NCBI GenBank assembly: GCA_002410925.1
Contig: DHPR01000019.1
Coordinates: forward strand, 62,001-113,276
From: a bacterium UBP13_UBA5359
GTDB taxonomy: Bacteria; UBP13; UBA5359
Direction: 5' to 3'
DNA: 51,276 nucleotides
The translations under genes and the position numbers were made by a program. Shown here piece after piece: positions 50,264 to 51,276 of the stretch (positions within the stretch are counted from its first letter, which is position 1; each line of letters begins with the position of its first letter). A model generated the notes under the pieces. The model worked only from the letters and a program-made list of their open reading frames with translations. It had not been told where the DNA came from and did no database searches.

Positions 50264-51181
50264 TCAAAGGTGCAAGCCTGACTTCTGTATCTTTTCTTTC
50301 ACTTCTTCCCTGCCGGGCATACGCTCCGGATTGACTCCGCCGCTTCTCCGCACCATGATGGAGGCGAAGGCGGAGGCATATATAGCGGCTCTATATGAGT
50401 CTTCACCCCTTATATATTCGGCCAGAAAGGCTCCGAACCAGCTGTCTCCGGCTCCTGTAGTATCTATGGCGCCGCCGGTAAATACGGGCACCTGATGAAG
50501 TCTCTTATCCTCTTGCAGCAGAGCGCCTTCGGGTCCGCAGGTGACGATGCTCAGAGGAACTCCTCTGGCCGCAAGCTCTGCCAAAAACTCTTCGTCTCCG
50601 GGGATATTATTCTCATACAGCCGCTGAATATCTTCTCGGCTGCCTTTGATTATTTTAAAATAAGGGGCTATCTCTCCCAGGTAATCTATCCTCTCTCGGA
50701 TGCTGTGGCGCCCGGCTTGGGAGGAGGCGCCGCCGTACCCTCCCAGGTCTACAGCCATATCTGCTTGATACAGAGAGAGCTCTTCCAGCAGCGATAACGG
50801 AGTTTCATAATCTATAGGGCAGAGCAAAAAGATACGAGCTTGCAGATACTCCTCGGGTATGTCGCTGAACTCTATCTGCCGAGCTTTATGTATGAACTCC
50901 AGCCGCTTGTTGCCTGCCTCATCATAAACAAGCCGGTTTTCGGTGCCTCTATCTTCTCTGTGAACTCCCTGCATATCTATTCCGGCGGCATATAGGGTAT
51001 CCAGCAGTTCATCGGGCATATCTGCTCCTATCAGGCTCACTATGCCTATCTTGCCGCCTGTCCTGGCGGCGGCCATAGCGCTGTAGGCGGCGGGACTGCC
51101 CAGGACGGGGCCTATCTTACGACCGCCGGCAAAGATTATCCTCTCTTTGAGCAGATGCCCGATGACTACCAGATCATACAT
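50264..51181 (-). CDS. PfkB/ribokinase family carbohydrate kinase
   Basis: VVIGH, LGSPAAYSA, IVTCGPEG, DTTGAGD. Start ATG 51181 downstream of the upstream gene's stop. Confidence 0.92.
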   Translation of the reverse strand: MYDLVVIGHLLKERIIFAGGRKIGPVLGSPAAYSAMAAARTGGKIGIVSLIGADMPDELLDTLYAAGIDMQGVHREDRGTENRLVYDEAGNKRLEFIHKARQIEFSDIPEEYLQARIFLLCPIDYETPLSLLEELSLYQADMAVDLGGYGGASSQAGRHSIRERIDYLGEIAPYFKIIKGSREDIQRLYENNIPGDEEFLAELAARGVPLSIVTCGPEGALLQEDKRLHQVPVFTGGAIDTTGAGDSWFGAFLAEYIRGEDSYRAAIYASAFASIMVRRSGGVNPERMPGREEVKEKIQKSGLHL

Positions 51182-51188
51182 CCTTGGC

Positions 51189-51275
51189 TTACCTTTCTCT
51201 CTTACCGGCAATAAATTCATCCATCTTCTCTCTGGCTTCGCTATCTGAGGCGTACTGAATAGGTGCGCTCTTGGA
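51189..51275 (-). CDS. C-terminal fragment of a probable myo-inositol-1-phosphate synthase (5' part outside window)
   Basis: Not in the ORF track. Manual translation ...SKSAPIQYASDSEAREKMDEFIAGKRER* resembles the K[SH]PPxQ..D..A....EEFI.G C-terminus of prokaryotic Ino1. Only 28 aa are visible. Confidence 0.6.
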   Translation of the reverse strand, partial: SKSAPIQYASDSEAREKMDEFIAGKRER

Positions 51276-51276
51276 T

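Overview
Bacterial chromosomal segment, mostly encoded on the minus strand. It probably comes from an anaerobic, diderm Terrabacteria-type lineage. This is inferred from gene content: a minimal MlaEFD with a long MlaD, DUF881/DUF1290 in the division cluster, an H-X9-DG prepilin-like protein and an [FeFe]-hydrogenase. Contents from left to right: (1) the 5' part of an F1Fo ATP synthase operon (atpZ/I-atpI-atpB-atpE-atpF-atpH-atpA, running off the left edge), headed by a Ser/Thr kinase; (2) nadD and a DAG-kinase-family gene; (3) a two-gene [FeFe]-hydrogenase (HydA plus a HydC-HydB fusion) and rubrerythrin; (4) an accessory carbohydrate locus with AraC, a UroD/MtaA-like enzyme, an orphan sugar-binding lipoprotein, two oxidoreductases, a GntR-LacI regulator, CBM9-like, putative glycoside hydrolase, prepilin-like, LamG-like and CapA-like genes; (5) metY-metX-metW; (6) a long co-oriented run mlaE-mlaF-mlaD-rplI-dnaB-ddl-(sORF)-ftsQ-DUF881-DUF1290-ftsA-ftsZ; (7) mreB, a phosphodiester glycosidase and EamA, bracketed by a duplicated promoter-like sequence; (8) an isolated hydF. 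At the right edge is the best candidate for an undescribed system: the C-terminus of a probable myo-inositol-1-phosphate synthase (absent from the ORF track), followed by a PfkB kinase, a Gfo/Idh/MocA dehydrogenase, a class III aminotransferase, an M20 deacylase and a GT-C-type membrane glycosyltransferase. This suggests an aminocyclitol biosynthesis and envelope-modification pathway. I saw no rRNA, tRNA, CRISPR array or transposase. All family calls come from motif recognition by eye, not database searches.
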